Part shown: positions 43,020 through 51,707 of the stretch, piece by piece
Layout of the letters: each line of letters opens with the position of its first letter
How positions within the stretch are numbered: position 1 is the stretch's first letter
DNA from: Candidatus Peregrinibacteria bacterium
GTDB taxonomy: Bacteria > Patescibacteriota > Gracilibacteria > Peribacterales > Peribacteraceae
Assembly (NCBI GenBank): GCA_043798355.1
Contig: JAZDOT010000002.1
Span: 1,160 to 65,159 of the forward strand
Length of the DNA stretch: 64,000 nucleotides
Direction of reading: 5' to 3'
Position numbers and translations under genes: made by a program
Notes under the pieces: generated by a model
The model's database searches: none
Told to the model about the DNA's origin: nothing
What the model saw: the letters and a program-made list of their open reading frames with translations, nothing else

Positions 43020-44951
43020 ATGCCCGCTCCGGATGTCCTCACACGGCTCGCAGAAGACCTCACCCCATCACGGGAGGTGCAGATGCGCGCGTTTCGGAAG
43101 ATCAAGCGCAGGATCGAAGGGAGCGGTGTCTTGGAGGAAGTGAAGGGGGTCCTCACTCCCGATGAAGCGCTCAGGCAGAGCATTTGGGTACGCATCCTCC
43201 GTTCGATTTCCGCACCCGAAGCATCGGCTCTCCTTGACCGCGTACGGGGGGCGCTCACTCCGCCGGCAGCACTCCTCTCCGGTTTGGGGAGTCATCTTGC
43301 CCTGCGGCTCTCTCCTGTGGCAGTCGTTCCTGTGCGGCGCCGTGCGCTCCAGTGGGTCGCGGCGTTTGCCCTCTTCGTTCTCCTTGTGCAGCTCACCCCG
43401 CAATATCTTTTGACTCCGCGCACCAAAGCGGAGAGCAAGGTGACCCTCATCGCCTTGAACGGCGAAGTCGCGGTTTCCCTCGGCGGGCTCTGGCAGCCGG
43501 TGACGCAGGAGATCGCTCTCGAGCCGGGGATGGTGCTCCGGACACGTTCCGGGCAGGCGAGCATCGTTCTTCGGGATGACGGCGTCATCCGTCTGGACCG
43601 TGCGACGACGGTCGAGATGACGGATACGTCCGATCGTGCGGACCTCTCCTCTTCCGCGCCCGAGACGCTGCGCCTCATCACGGGGCGCGTCTGGGTTCAG
43701 GGATTGATCCCGTCCCACCTGCGCAGCATCGATATCCACACCGACAACGGATCCGTTTCGATCAACGAAGGGAGTGCCTCTATCAGTGAAGGGGAGGAGG
43801 GGACCGATGTCGAGCTCTGGGATCACCGTGCGCGCATCCTGGCATCCGGAGAGGAGAAACTCCTGGTCGCGGGCGAACGCGTCCGTCTTCCGGAGAACTC
43901 TCCGTCAGTCGTGAAGAGGATTTCCGAAGAGTCGTACGAAGATCCGTGGATCACCCAGAACCTCGAGCGGGATGCGGTCCACCGTCGCACGATCGCGCAG
44001 ATGCAGCAGGAACGCCGCGCAGCCCGCGCCGGGATTCTCCCCACTTCCACGCTCTATCCGGTGAAGAGGATTGCCGAGAAGGTCGATGTCCTCCTGACGT
44101 TCGACTCGGGCGCGCGCACCCAGAAGCTCCTCGATCAGGCGAACGGCCGTCTCGATGAAGCTGCCGCCCTCCTGCAGGAGGGGGAAGTCGATGCTGTTTC
44201 CGTGACGCTCGCGGATTACCAGGATTCGCTCGTCGCTCTCGCCACCGGTTCCGGCGATGATCTTGTTCGTGCACTCGTAGAGCAGTCGATTGCCGAGGCC
44301 AGCGGCGACAGCGCGGCGCTCCTGCCGGGCGACAGCGGGTACCTCATCAAGGAGGCGGTGCTCGCCGCAGGGGCATCCGTTCCTGACGGCGCCGTGACGA
44401 CGGGGGATGTCCAGGGCGTGCTTCTGCTCGATGCCATCTCTTCCCTCATTCGCTCGATCGATGAAGGAGCCATCGCCGATGTGTCGCGGATTTGGGGTCA
44501 ATTATCCGGATCCGGTTCCCTTACCCTCCTCAATGATGCGGATTCCCCGCTCAAGCCGGAGGTCCGGAAAGAGGCGACGATGCTTCTCTCCGAATTGGCC
44601 TTTGCGGTATCGGAGCTCTCTTCACGCGGGAATGATGCAATTGATCCCGCGTTCGAAAAGGACGTCGCCGCCTACATGCCCCCCCCTCTCGATTCGGTCG
44701 TACCGGCGCTCTCCGAAGAAGAAATCATGGGGATCGTGAAGGCCATCCGCGAGAGGATCTTCATCTACAACATGCCGAACTCGCGTATTAATCAACTCAT
44801 CGCCGAGTTCCGCGCGCTCGAGGGACATCCGGATCAGGGGAGTATTCTGCGCAGACTGTACTTCAATCTTCCGGACGGCCAAGAGCACTTCCCGGAGCGG
44901 GTGCGCAAAGAGATCATCCGGTTGCAGTGGCAGAAAGCGGCTCAATTGTGA
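43020..44951 (+). CDS. FecR-domain / anti-sigma-like membrane protein
   Basis: It lies directly downstream of the sigma factor gene. One TM helix (WVAAFALFVLLVQL). The FecR-like segment is GEVAVSLGGLWQPVTQEIALEPGMVLRTRSGQASIVLRDDGVIRLDRATTVEM. A long helical C-terminal region follows. Confidence 0.6.
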   Translation: MPAPDVLTRLAEDLTPSREVQMRAFRKIKRRIEGSGVLEEVKGVLTPDEALRQSIWVRILRSISAPEASALLDRVRGALTPPAALLSGLGSHLALRLSPVAVVPVRRRALQWVAAFALFVLLVQLTPQYLLTPRTKAESKVTLIALNGEVAVSLGGLWQPVTQEIALEPGMVLRTRSGQASIVLRDDGVIRLDRATTVEMTDTSDRADLSSSAPETLRLITGRVWVQGLIPSHLRSIDIHTDNGSVSINEGSASISEGEEGTDVELWDHRARILASGEEKLLVAGERVRLPENSPSVVKRISEESYEDPWITQNLERDAVHRRTIAQMQQERRAARAGILPTSTLYPVKRIAEKVDVLLTFDSGARTQKLLDQANGRLDEAAALLQEGEVDAVSVTLADYQDSLVALATGSGDDLVRALVEQSIAEASGDSAALLPGDSGYLIKEAVLAAGASVPDGAVTTGDVQGVLLLDAISSLIRSIDEGAIADVSRIWGQLSGSGSLTLLNDADSPLKPEVRKEATMLLSELAFAVSELSSRGNDAIDPAFEKDVAAYMPPPLDSVVPALSEEEIMGIVKAIRERIFIYNMPNSRINQLIAEFRALEGHPDQGSILRRLYFNLPDGQEHFPERVRKEIIRLQWQKAAQL

Positions 44952-45044
44952 TGCGGGAAGATCTGTGCGCAGTGTGGTTGTGCGGTTTATTCTCTTCTCC
45001 TTCCTTGACGACTTCACGCTTCATCGGACACACTACGCCTCACG

Positions 45045-45602
45045 ATGTACGAAATTACCGATCTCAAACCCGGCAGAGCCATCCAGATCGACGGGATCCC
45101 TTACCTCATTATCTCCTCGCAGTTCGGCCGCAAGAGCCAGAGCAAGGCGAACATGCAGTGCAAGATCAAGAACCTCAAGACCGGAGCGGTCATTCCGAAG
45201 AACTTCCAGGGGAGCGAGCAGATCGAGCAGGCGGACATCGGGTACCGGCACGTGCAGTTCCTCTACTCTGACGGAGAGTCTTTCACCTTCATGGATCTCA
45301 GCAGTTACGATCAGTTTGCGTTGCCGAAAGACGTTGTCGGCGAAGCGGCGAATTACCTCTTCGAGGGGTTGGAACTGGATGCGCTCCTGTTCGAGGAGAA
45401 CCCGATCGGCATCACGCTTCCCTCCACGGTGGACATCAAGGTCATCGAGACGTCTCCGGGCGTCCGCGGAGATACGGCGACGGGCGGGACGAAGCCGGCA
45501 AAGCTCATAAGCGGCTTCTCCGTGGCCGTTCCGCTCTTCATTAGCGAGGGGGACACGGTCAAAGTGAATACGGAGACGGGGGAGTATATGCGCAAGGCGT
45601 AG
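45045..45602 (+). CDS. efp: Elongation factor P
   Basis: MYEITDLKPGRAIQIDGIPYLII...KNLKTGAV...VIETSPGVRGDTATGGTKPAKL..G..V.VPLFI.EGD.VKV.T.TGEY. Confidence 0.92.
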   Translation: MYEITDLKPGRAIQIDGIPYLIISSQFGRKSQSKANMQCKIKNLKTGAVIPKNFQGSEQIEQADIGYRHVQFLYSDGESFTFMDLSSYDQFALPKDVVGEAANYLFEGLELDALLFEENPIGITLPSTVDIKVIETSPGVRGDTATGGTKPAKLISGFSVAVPLFISEGDTVKVNTETGEYMRKA

Positions 45603-45636
45603 GGATTAGGGTTAGGATTAGGGTTAGAGTTAGGGC
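45603..45636 (+). repeat. Hexamer array (GATTAG/GGTTAG x5.5, TTAGGG-like) starting at the efp stop
   Basis: ggattagggttaggattagggttagagttagggc. Confidence 0.9.
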
Positions 45637-45645
45637 GAAGCAATG

Positions 45646-45676
45646 AGCCTCCAGCCGTTAGCCTTTAGCTTTCAGC
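45646..45676. repeat. Heptamer array (AGCCTCC/AGCCGTT/AGCCTTT/AGCTTTC)
   Basis: agcctccagccgttagcctttagctttcagc. Confidence 0.75.
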
Positions 45677-45727
45677 AATAAGGATAGCGCGTACCATCGG
45701 CGGGACGCCGGTGGGTAAAGGTTCCTA

Positions 45728-46465
45728 CTATGGCAATAATTTTTCTGCGCTTTCGCGTTCCGTGCGCTCGGCCGTCTCTTTCGCTTTCGTTATGGCATCA
45801 TGCAAAGCCTTACCCAGCCGTACGAGTGATTCTTCTTCCAGTTCCAGTTCCTGCAATCGCTTCCCCGTTCGCTCTATCAGACCTGTGTCTTGCTGGTCAC
45901 CGCCTTTCACCCTCTCGTAGCGCAGTATAGTTTGGAGAATGCGTTTTTCCGTGAGAAGGAAAGGTTTGAGAGCCGTCGAATATTGTGCAGATATGTTCCT
46001 TTTCAATTCCTCCAGTTCTTTCAGTGGTTGATTCTGCAGGTTCCGTTCCGCAAGGATACTTTTGAAATCTGAAAATCTATTGTCATTGTGGCCTCTCAAG
46101 CGATCCATTGCTTCTCTGAACACGATCATTTCCCGATGATCAATATCATCGAGAATCTTTTGCTGCGTTCGAATTTGACCATTGATACTATCAGGCTTTG
46201 ATGCAGTGGTTCCGCCGGATTTCAGAGCTTTCTTGAGAAGTTCAAGCGTTGTTTCTTGCGGGCTTCTTTCCTTAAAGAAAGCATCAATCTTGTGCTGCAT
46301 TGCTTGTAATCTGCATTGTTGTGGAAGGGGCGTATCGGGGAATACTTGGTTCACGTTCTGATATACCCACATCATCCCTATTTGATCTGGTAGACTATCA
46401 ATAGTTTTTATCTCTTCCTGAGTGAGGGGCTCTTTGGAATTGTCGGGGGTATTTATTTGTGCCAT
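45728..46465 (-). CDS. Hypothetical protein (visibly AT-richer gene)
   Basis: ORF starting at ATG 46465 (MAQINTPDNSKEPLTQEEIK...). No family recognised. Composition differs from its neighbours. Confidence 0.55.
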   Translation of the reverse strand: MAQINTPDNSKEPLTQEEIKTIDSLPDQIGMMWVYQNVNQVFPDTPLPQQCRLQAMQHKIDAFFKERSPQETTLELLKKALKSGGTTASKPDSINGQIRTQQKILDDIDHREMIVFREAMDRLRGHNDNRFSDFKSILAERNLQNQPLKELEELKRNISAQYSTALKPFLLTEKRILQTILRYERVKGGDQQDTGLIERTGKRLQELELEEESLVRLGKALHDAITKAKETAERTERESAEKLLP

Positions 46466-46585
46466 ATAGATATTATACAACTATTTATACATATTTTCAA
46501 ATTCTAGTCTTTCCCTACACTGTAGCGTTTTCCCGAGCCCCACTTCCACCTCTGCCACTGTGAGAGTGGTAGAGGTTCTTCGTGG

Positions 46586-48031
46586 TCATGCAATCTTCTT
46601 CAAAAGGATCGCGTTCACTTTTCCAGGATCGGCTTGTCCGCGTGTCTCCTTCATGACCCACCCGACGATGGCGCCGAGGGCCTGAGCTTTGCCTGCGCGG
46701 TAGGACTCGACTGTCTTCGGGTTCGCTTCGATCGCCTTCAGGACGATCTGCTCGATCTCTGCGTCATCGGAAATCTGCTGCGAGCCGGATTCAGAGATGA
46801 TTTCTTTTGCCGATTTTCCTGAATCCACCATCATTTCCAATATTTCCTTCCCCTTGTTTGCGGAAATAGTTTTCTTGTCGATGGCCCCGATGAGTTCGAT
46901 GATTCTATCGGCAGTCGGCGCTTGTGCGATGGTTTTATTCCCCGCTTTGAGGAATCCGACGAGTTGTGTCAGAACGATGCTCCCCGCGCGTCGCGGATCG
47001 TTGGTGTGCGCATGGATTGCGTCGAACAGGGAGCGGAGGTCCGCATCATCAGAGAGCTGGATCACCTGGGCGGGGTCGAGAGCGAGGGAACGGTAGTGCT
47101 TGCGGAGTGCAGAGGGAAGAGTGGGGAGGGAGAGGTGGACTCGTTCGATCTCCTCTTCCTTGAATGTGAGGGGCGGGATATCCGGCTCGGGAAAGTAGCG
47201 GTAGTCGTCCGCGGTCTCTTTGTCGCGCAGCAGGCGCGTTTTCTCCTCATCATCAAGCCATCCGACGGTGATGTCGTTCTTGAGGGGGCCCTTGTCCTCC
47301 TCCCATAATCTTCTGAGGCGTTTTTCTTCGTACAGGAGCGCCCTCTCGAGTGATTTGAACGAGTTGAGATTTTTGATTTCACTCCGCGGATTGAGCTTTG
47401 CCGATCCTCTCTCCCGGAGCGAAATGGAGGCGTCGAAGCGCATCATCCCTTTGAACATGTCGGCTTCGGAGGCACCTACGACGATGAGAATCCGCCGCAG
47501 TTCCTGCGCGAAGGCGACGGCATCTTGGGCGGACCGGAGGTCCGGTTCCGTCACGATCTCCATGAGAGGCGTTCCTGCGCGGTTGAAGTCGCAGAGGGTC
47601 TTTGTGCCACGATGCGAGAGTTTGCCTGCATCGTTCTCCATGTGGAGGCGAGTGATGCGGCAGGTGCGCTCCAAAGTTTTCCCGTCCGGTCCCGAACGAT
47701 CGAAGGATACCGCTCCTCCTTTCGCGAGAGGGAAGTCGTACTGGGAGATCTGGAATCCCGCCGGGAGGTCGGGATAGAAGTAGTGCTTGCGGTCGAAGTG
47801 GCAGGAAGGCGCTACCGTAGAGCCGATGGCAAGAGAAGCGCGAACGGCTTTTGCGACAGCCTCTTTATTCGGTACGGGGAGCGTGCCGGGGTGGCCCATG
47901 CAGACGGGGCAGACGGTGACGTTCGGCGGCTTGCCGAAGGCGTCGTTATCGCAGGAGCAGAACATCTTCGTCTTCGTGCTCATCTGGGCGTGGACTTCGA
48001 GGCCGATGATTACTTCGAGGGATAGGGTCAT
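46586..48031 (-). CDS. gatB: Asp-tRNA(Asn)/Glu-tRNA(Gln) amidotransferase subunit B
   Basis: VIIGLEVHAQMSTKTKMFCSC...CPVCMGHPGTLP...FDRKHYFYPDLP..FQISQ...TRLHMENDAGK... with the C-terminal GatB/YqeY domain. The Met at 48031 is preferred. Confidence 0.92.
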   Translation of the reverse strand: MTLSLEVIIGLEVHAQMSTKTKMFCSCDNDAFGKPPNVTVCPVCMGHPGTLPVPNKEAVAKAVRASLAIGSTVAPSCHFDRKHYFYPDLPAGFQISQYDFPLAKGGAVSFDRSGPDGKTLERTCRITRLHMENDAGKLSHRGTKTLCDFNRAGTPLMEIVTEPDLRSAQDAVAFAQELRRILIVVGASEADMFKGMMRFDASISLRERGSAKLNPRSEIKNLNSFKSLERALLYEEKRLRRLWEEDKGPLKNDITVGWLDDEEKTRLLRDKETADDYRYFPEPDIPPLTFKEEEIERVHLSLPTLPSALRKHYRSLALDPAQVIQLSDDADLRSLFDAIHAHTNDPRRAGSIVLTQLVGFLKAGNKTIAQAPTADRIIELIGAIDKKTISANKGKEILEMMVDSGKSAKEIISESGSQQISDDAEIEQIVLKAIEANPKTVESYRAGKAQALGAIVGWVMKETRGQADPGKVNAILLKKIA

Positions 48032-48060
48032 CAGTTCGTATGGAGTACCTGGTAAGAAAG

Positions 48061-48358
48061 ATACAAGATCCAAGATCCAAGATACAGGATCTTGGAGGAG
48101 GCATTATGGTGTAGACCGGTCGGATTTTTGTCTCTGGTTTCGTTCGAAGGTCAGGATTATGGCGCTAAAAATTCGCACAAGTTCCTGTGCTTCCCCGAGG
48201 AATTTTTTGTCTTTTGCGAATCTCATTGTTCTTTTGGAGAGGTCATACACACGTTGCGGGTTTGCCGATGGTTCATTTGCAGTCATAAGATCAAGGAAAG
48301 ATGGCCGTTTTCCTGCTCTTAGAGGTTGTTGTCTACTTGGATCCTGGATCTTGTATCC
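48061..48358. mobile_element. Inverted heptamer arrays flanking an AT-rich core that holds a decayed four-helix-bundle gene
   Basis: The left array is atacaagatccaagatccaagatacaggatcttgg (48061-48095). The right array cttggatcctggatcttgtatcc (48336-48358) is its inverse complement. The core looks AT-richer than the flanks. Confidence 0.65.
48104..48247 (-). pseudogene. Remnant of a four-helix-bundle (23S rRNA-intervening-sequence type) protein gene
   Basis: YDLSKRTMRFAKDKKFL resembles the N-terminus of such proteins (DLxERTxxFA) and EAQELVRIFSAIILTFERN resembles their C-terminus. The middle is missing. Confidence 0.4.
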
Positions 48359-48800
48359 TTTGCTGATAATCCACAATCAACTTCGCGTCCAGGTGGTCCA
48401 TCTCATGCTGCGTAACGCGTGCGTCGAAGCCTGAGAGTTTGCGTTCCTGAGGTTTGCCCTTTCCATCGGTGTACTTCACGACGATCTCCGTCGGGCGGGT
48501 GACGGAAACGGTGAGATCGGGGAGGCTGAGGCACCCCTCCTCCGCAGAGTCCGTCTCAGAGCCGTACCACGTGATTTCCGGATCGATCATCGGGTGGAGC
48601 TTGCCGTTGAAGGTGGCCAGACACACACGGAGCGATACGCTCACCTGCGGGGCGGCGAGGCCGAGACCGCCAACATTTTCGAGGGTATCCGCGAGATCCC
48701 TCAGGAGTTTCAGGACTTCTTTCGTGGCTCCTCTGGTTCTGGCCGCCTTCGTGCGCAGGATGGGGTTGTCTTTGCCGGTCTGGATGGGGAGGACGGCCAA
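48333..48800 (-). CDS. def: Peptide deformylase
   Basis: The motifs GLGLAAPQV, EEGCLSLP and QHEMDHL are present. TTG start. The last 8 codons and the stop (QQRIQDPGSK*) are encoded by the heptamer array at 48336-48358. Confidence 0.9.
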   Translation of the reverse strand: MAVLPIQTGKDNPILRTKAARTRGATKEVLKLLRDLADTLENVGGLGLAAPQVSVSLRVCLATFNGKLHPMIDPEITWYGSETDSAEEGCLSLPDLTVSVTRPTEIVVKYTDGKGKPQERKLSGFDARVTQHEMDHLDAKLIVDYQQRIQDPGSK

Positions 48801-48805
48801 GGGAA

Positions 48806-48843
48806 ATGAATAATTGATAATTGATAATTAATAATTAAAAATT
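48806..48843. repeat. Heptamer array (AATAATT/GATAATT x5)
   Basis: atgaataattgataattgataattaataattaaaaatt is the same family and orientation as 34762-34789. Confidence 0.85.
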
Positions 48844-48902
48844 GGAATCAGGAGAGATATCTGTTTTGAGTATAGCGAGGTTCGTTTGGATCTGCATACG
48901 AA

Positions 48903-49478
48903 TCAGGCCACCATTTGGCGGATGCCGGCCATCCTGCGGAGGTCCTCCATTCTCTCGATTTTTCCGGCGGAGAGCATTTTTACGAATGCCTGTGCCGTGA
49001 GGAGGACATCCGGGAGCGCGCGGTGGAGGGCTGTTGGCAGGGTGATACCGAGACGTGCGCCGACGATGTCCAGGCTGTGGCGGTATTCGTGCGGGTAGAG
49101 CGTGCGGCTGAGCTTGAGCGTGCAGAGGCACTCGGGGAGATCGATATAACCCCAGCAACATTCCTTCTCGGTTTCGAGGAATCCCATGTCAAATTCCGCG
49201 TTGTGGGCGATGAGAACGGACTCTTTCGAAAAAGAAAGAAACCGCGGGAGCACCTGATCGATGGTCGGGGAATCCCGCACGTCCTGATCGCGTATTTTAT
49301 TGATTCTGCCCGCTTCCGGAGGAATGGGGCGTTCGGGGTTCACCAGCTCGACGAACGTGCGGTCTGCGATGACGTGCCCCGCTTCGATGCGCACGGCGGC
49401 GATCTCGATGATGCGGTGTCCGCGCTTGGGGTCGAGGCCGGTTGTTTCCACGTCGAAGACAGTGAATGCGGGTAACAT
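48903..49478 (-). CDS. DnaQ-like 3'-5' exonuclease (DNA polymerase III epsilon family)
   Basis: MLPAFTVFDVETTGLDPKRGHRIIEIAAV (Exo I), LIAHNAEFDMGFL (Exo II), HRALPDVLLTA (Exo III). The Met at 49478 is preferred over the track start 49715, which reads through repeat arrays. Confidence 0.82.
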   Translation of the reverse strand: MLPAFTVFDVETTGLDPKRGHRIIEIAAVRIEAGHVIADRTFVELVNPERPIPPEAGRINKIRDQDVRDSPTIDQVLPRFLSFSKESVLIAHNAEFDMGFLETEKECCWGYIDLPECLCTLKLSRTLYPHEYRHSLDIVGARLGITLPTALHRALPDVLLTAQAFVKMLSAGKIERMEDLRRMAGIRQMVA

Positions 49479-49532
49479 TGGAGAGCGACTATAGCTGATG
49501 TGAGCGCGTGAGCCAGAGAGTGATCTTGACGA

Positions 49533-49661
49533 AAGATCCAAGACGCAAGATACAAGATGCAAACCTTCGTTAGGCACTTCGATATTCCTCTGAAGCAAAC
49601 TTGGATCTTGTATCTTGTTTCTTGCATCTTCCTTGAGTCCTGTATCTTGTACCTTGTGTCC
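49533..49661. repeat. Hairpin element built from heptamer arrays (AAGATNC x4; inverse CTTGNAT x8)
   Basis: aagatccaagacgcaagatacaagatgcaa (49533-49562), then a 37-nt loop, then cttggatcttgtatcttgtttcttgcatctt (49600-49630), continuing as ccttgagtcctgtatcttgtaccttgtgtcc. Confidence 0.85.
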
Positions 49662-50318
49662 TCCCTCGGTATTCCTCCAGGCACTGTCCTTCGTGTTTTC
49701 AGACACCTCTATCACCCTCCGCCTTCATTCTTGAGGTGGGAGACTCCCCTCGATCTGATCGTCGCCACCATCCTGAGTGCGCAGTGCACGGATGTGCGGG
49801 TGAATATCGTGACGCCGCCATTATTCGCACGCTGCCGCACGCCAGAGGATTACCTGAAGATGCCGCGGAAACGTCTGGAGACGATGATCCACTCCTGCGG
49901 GACTTTTCGCAGCAAGGCGAAGTACATCCACGGGCTCTGCCGCATGCTCGTGCGGAAATTCGATGGCAAAGTTCCGCAGACGATGCAAGAACTCGTGCGT
50001 CTCCCCGGAGTCGGCAGGAAAACCGCTGCCATCGTTCTTTTCGCGGCATTCGGGAAGAATGAGGGGATCGCTGTCGATACGCATGTTCTGAGGCTCGCGC
50101 GGCGCATGGGGCTCAGCCGCGGAAAAACGCCCGAGAACGTGGAGAAAGACCTTATGAAGAAGTTTTCACGGAAGGAATGGGGGCTTCTCAACACGCTGAT
50201 GATCAGTCACGGCAGAGCGGTCTGCACGGCGCGCAGCAGGGAGTGTGAGAAGTGCGTGTTTCGGAAGAAGTGTCCATCGTCGCTTGCGATGACGAAGAGG
50301 GATTTGGCAAAGAATTAG
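49557..50318 (+). CDS. nth: Endonuclease III
   Basis: PLDLIVATILSAQCTDVRVN...LPGVGRKTAAIVL...AVDTHV.RL..R.GL... with the C-terminal 4Fe-4S cluster C..R..C..C....C. The start is uncertain. ATG 49557 would translate the repeat hairpin. The in-frame GTG at 49656 gives a conventional N-terminus. Confidence 0.85.
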   Translation: MQTFVRHFDIPLKQTWILYLVSCIFLESCILYLVSSLGIPPGTVLRVFRHLYHPPPSFLRWETPLDLIVATILSAQCTDVRVNIVTPPLFARCRTPEDYLKMPRKRLETMIHSCGTFRSKAKYIHGLCRMLVRKFDGKVPQTMQELVRLPGVGRKTAAIVLFAAFGKNEGIAVDTHVLRLARRMGLSRGKTPENVEKDLMKKFSRKEWGLLNTLMISHGRAVCTARSRECEKCVFRKKCPSSLAMTKRDLAKN

Positions 50319-50363
50319 TCGAACATTGTTGACTTGTATCCTGTTTATCGGAATAAATGCGAT

Positions 50364-50972
50364 ATGGAGTCATCTGAACTTCGGTCTCGCCTATTGAAGC
50401 AATTGAACGAATTCCCCGTCGGGAAGCCCGCTTTCTTCATGCACGAGGACTGGATGGATGGGCGTCCTACCGTGCGTCAGGCGGTGTGGACATACTTGGA
50501 ATTGTTCCATAACGGTTTGCCGCATCAGCGCTTTTTGCATGGAACGGTGGACGATCACTTGGGGGGCGAGCATCACGTGTGGTTGTATGACACTCCGGAC
50601 GAGGCGCGTGGTTCGTACATCACCCATGCCCGGTGGTGTTTGGAGCATCTCTTCAAAGATCCCAATCGTCCTGGCGATCGTATTGGTATCGAATCCGTAC
50701 AAAGAAATGCGAACATTCTCCTGCGGACGAGGTGGAGCGAGGCAGTCAATCTGGCCCAGGCTCGCTTACGGGAGCAGTTGCAGGAGGCAGGATTGCTCGA
50801 TCTGCCCTTACCGCGGCAGGAGTATCCCATTGGTGGTTCGTTGACTGCACAAGACGGAGCTCAGGTCATCGTGGGGAGCGCCAGTTGGAGCAGGGAGTTC
50901 CAAGAAGGCGCAGGTTGGCAGCCGCCACTCATGGGGTATCGCGACGAGTTTGGGCAGCCGATTAGATTGTAA
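50364..50972 (+). CDS. Hypothetical protein
   Basis: ORF starting at ATG 50364 (MESSELRSRLLKQLNEFPV...). No family recognised. Confidence 0.5.
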   Translation: MESSELRSRLLKQLNEFPVGKPAFFMHEDWMDGRPTVRQAVWTYLELFHNGLPHQRFLHGTVDDHLGGEHHVWLYDTPDEARGSYITHARWCLEHLFKDPNRPGDRIGIESVQRNANILLRTRWSEAVNLAQARLREQLQEAGLLDLPLPRQEYPIGGSLTAQDGAQVIVGSASWSREFQEGAGWQPPLMGYRDEFGQPIRL

Positions 50973-51058
50973 GCAGATAGGATCGTGCGGGATGGTCTTG
51001 CCTATGAAGGGGCGTAAGGAGTATGATATTATCATATGATATTTTCACATCCTTCTCC

Positions 51059-51265
51059 ATGACGACCGTATCCGTTCCGCTCCCCTCCGATCTCCTCGAT
51101 GCGCTCGAGAAGCTCATCGCGCGCGGAAGCGCTTCCAACAAAGCCGATGTCATTCGCAGAGCACTCCGTTGCTATCTGGAGCAGCAGGCTGTTGAGGATG
51201 TTCTCAGGGCGAGTGAAGAGCCGCGTCTGAGGGGGAAACTCCGCAATCTTGCAAGGAAGTTATGA
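51059..51265 (+). CDS. Ribbon-helix-helix (CopG/ParD-like) antitoxin
   Basis: MTTVSVPLPSDLLDALEKLIARGSASNKADVIRRALRCYLEQ is an RHH motif. It overlaps the toxin gene by ATGA. Confidence 0.7.
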   Translation: MTTVSVPLPSDLLDALEKLIARGSASNKADVIRRALRCYLEQQAVEDVLRASEEPRLRGKLRNLARKL

Positions 51266-51522
51266 CGCAGATTCTCTTCACGCCCAGTTTTCTCCGGCAG
51301 TTCAACAAGCTTCCTCCGGAGTTGCAGGACGAAGTCGATGCGGCCGTCCTCCGTTTCCAGTCTCATCCCCGCGATCGTTCACTGAAGTTGCATCGGCTGA
51401 AGGGCAAGCTGCGGCGCTTCTTCAGCTTTTCCGTGAATTACCGTTACAGAATCGTTTGTCAGAACGATGCCCACGATGTCTGGGCACTTCTTTCTGTGGG
51501 GGATCACGATGTATATCGCTAA
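51262..51522 (+). CDS. RelE/ParE-superfamily type II toxin
   Basis: ...LKLHRLKGKLRRFFSFSVNYRYRIVCQNDAHDVWALLSVGDHDVYR. Confidence 0.7.
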   Translation: MTQILFTPSFLRQFNKLPPELQDEVDAAVLRFQSHPRDRSLKLHRLKGKLRRFFSFSVNYRYRIVCQNDAHDVWALLSVGDHDVYR

Positions 51523-51707
51523 TCGTGAGCGTGTGCAGCGGAGATGTGTCGAGTGAACCGAGACGCACCCACGGTGCGTCTTTACAGTGGATTGTATGTT
51601 GTATTTTCCGACAACATTGATACCCTTTTGCTTTGTGGGATTCATGCATGCGTGCATACACGATTTTGTTTCGCAATCCTAAGAAGCTACCACCTAAGAA
51701 GCTATCC

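Noticed and set aside
46548-46578. Hairpin cctctgccact-gtgag-agtggtagagg downstream of gatB as a rho-independent terminator.
   Set aside because: The stem is plausible, but no U-tract follows on the relevant (minus) strand, so I did not list it as a feature.
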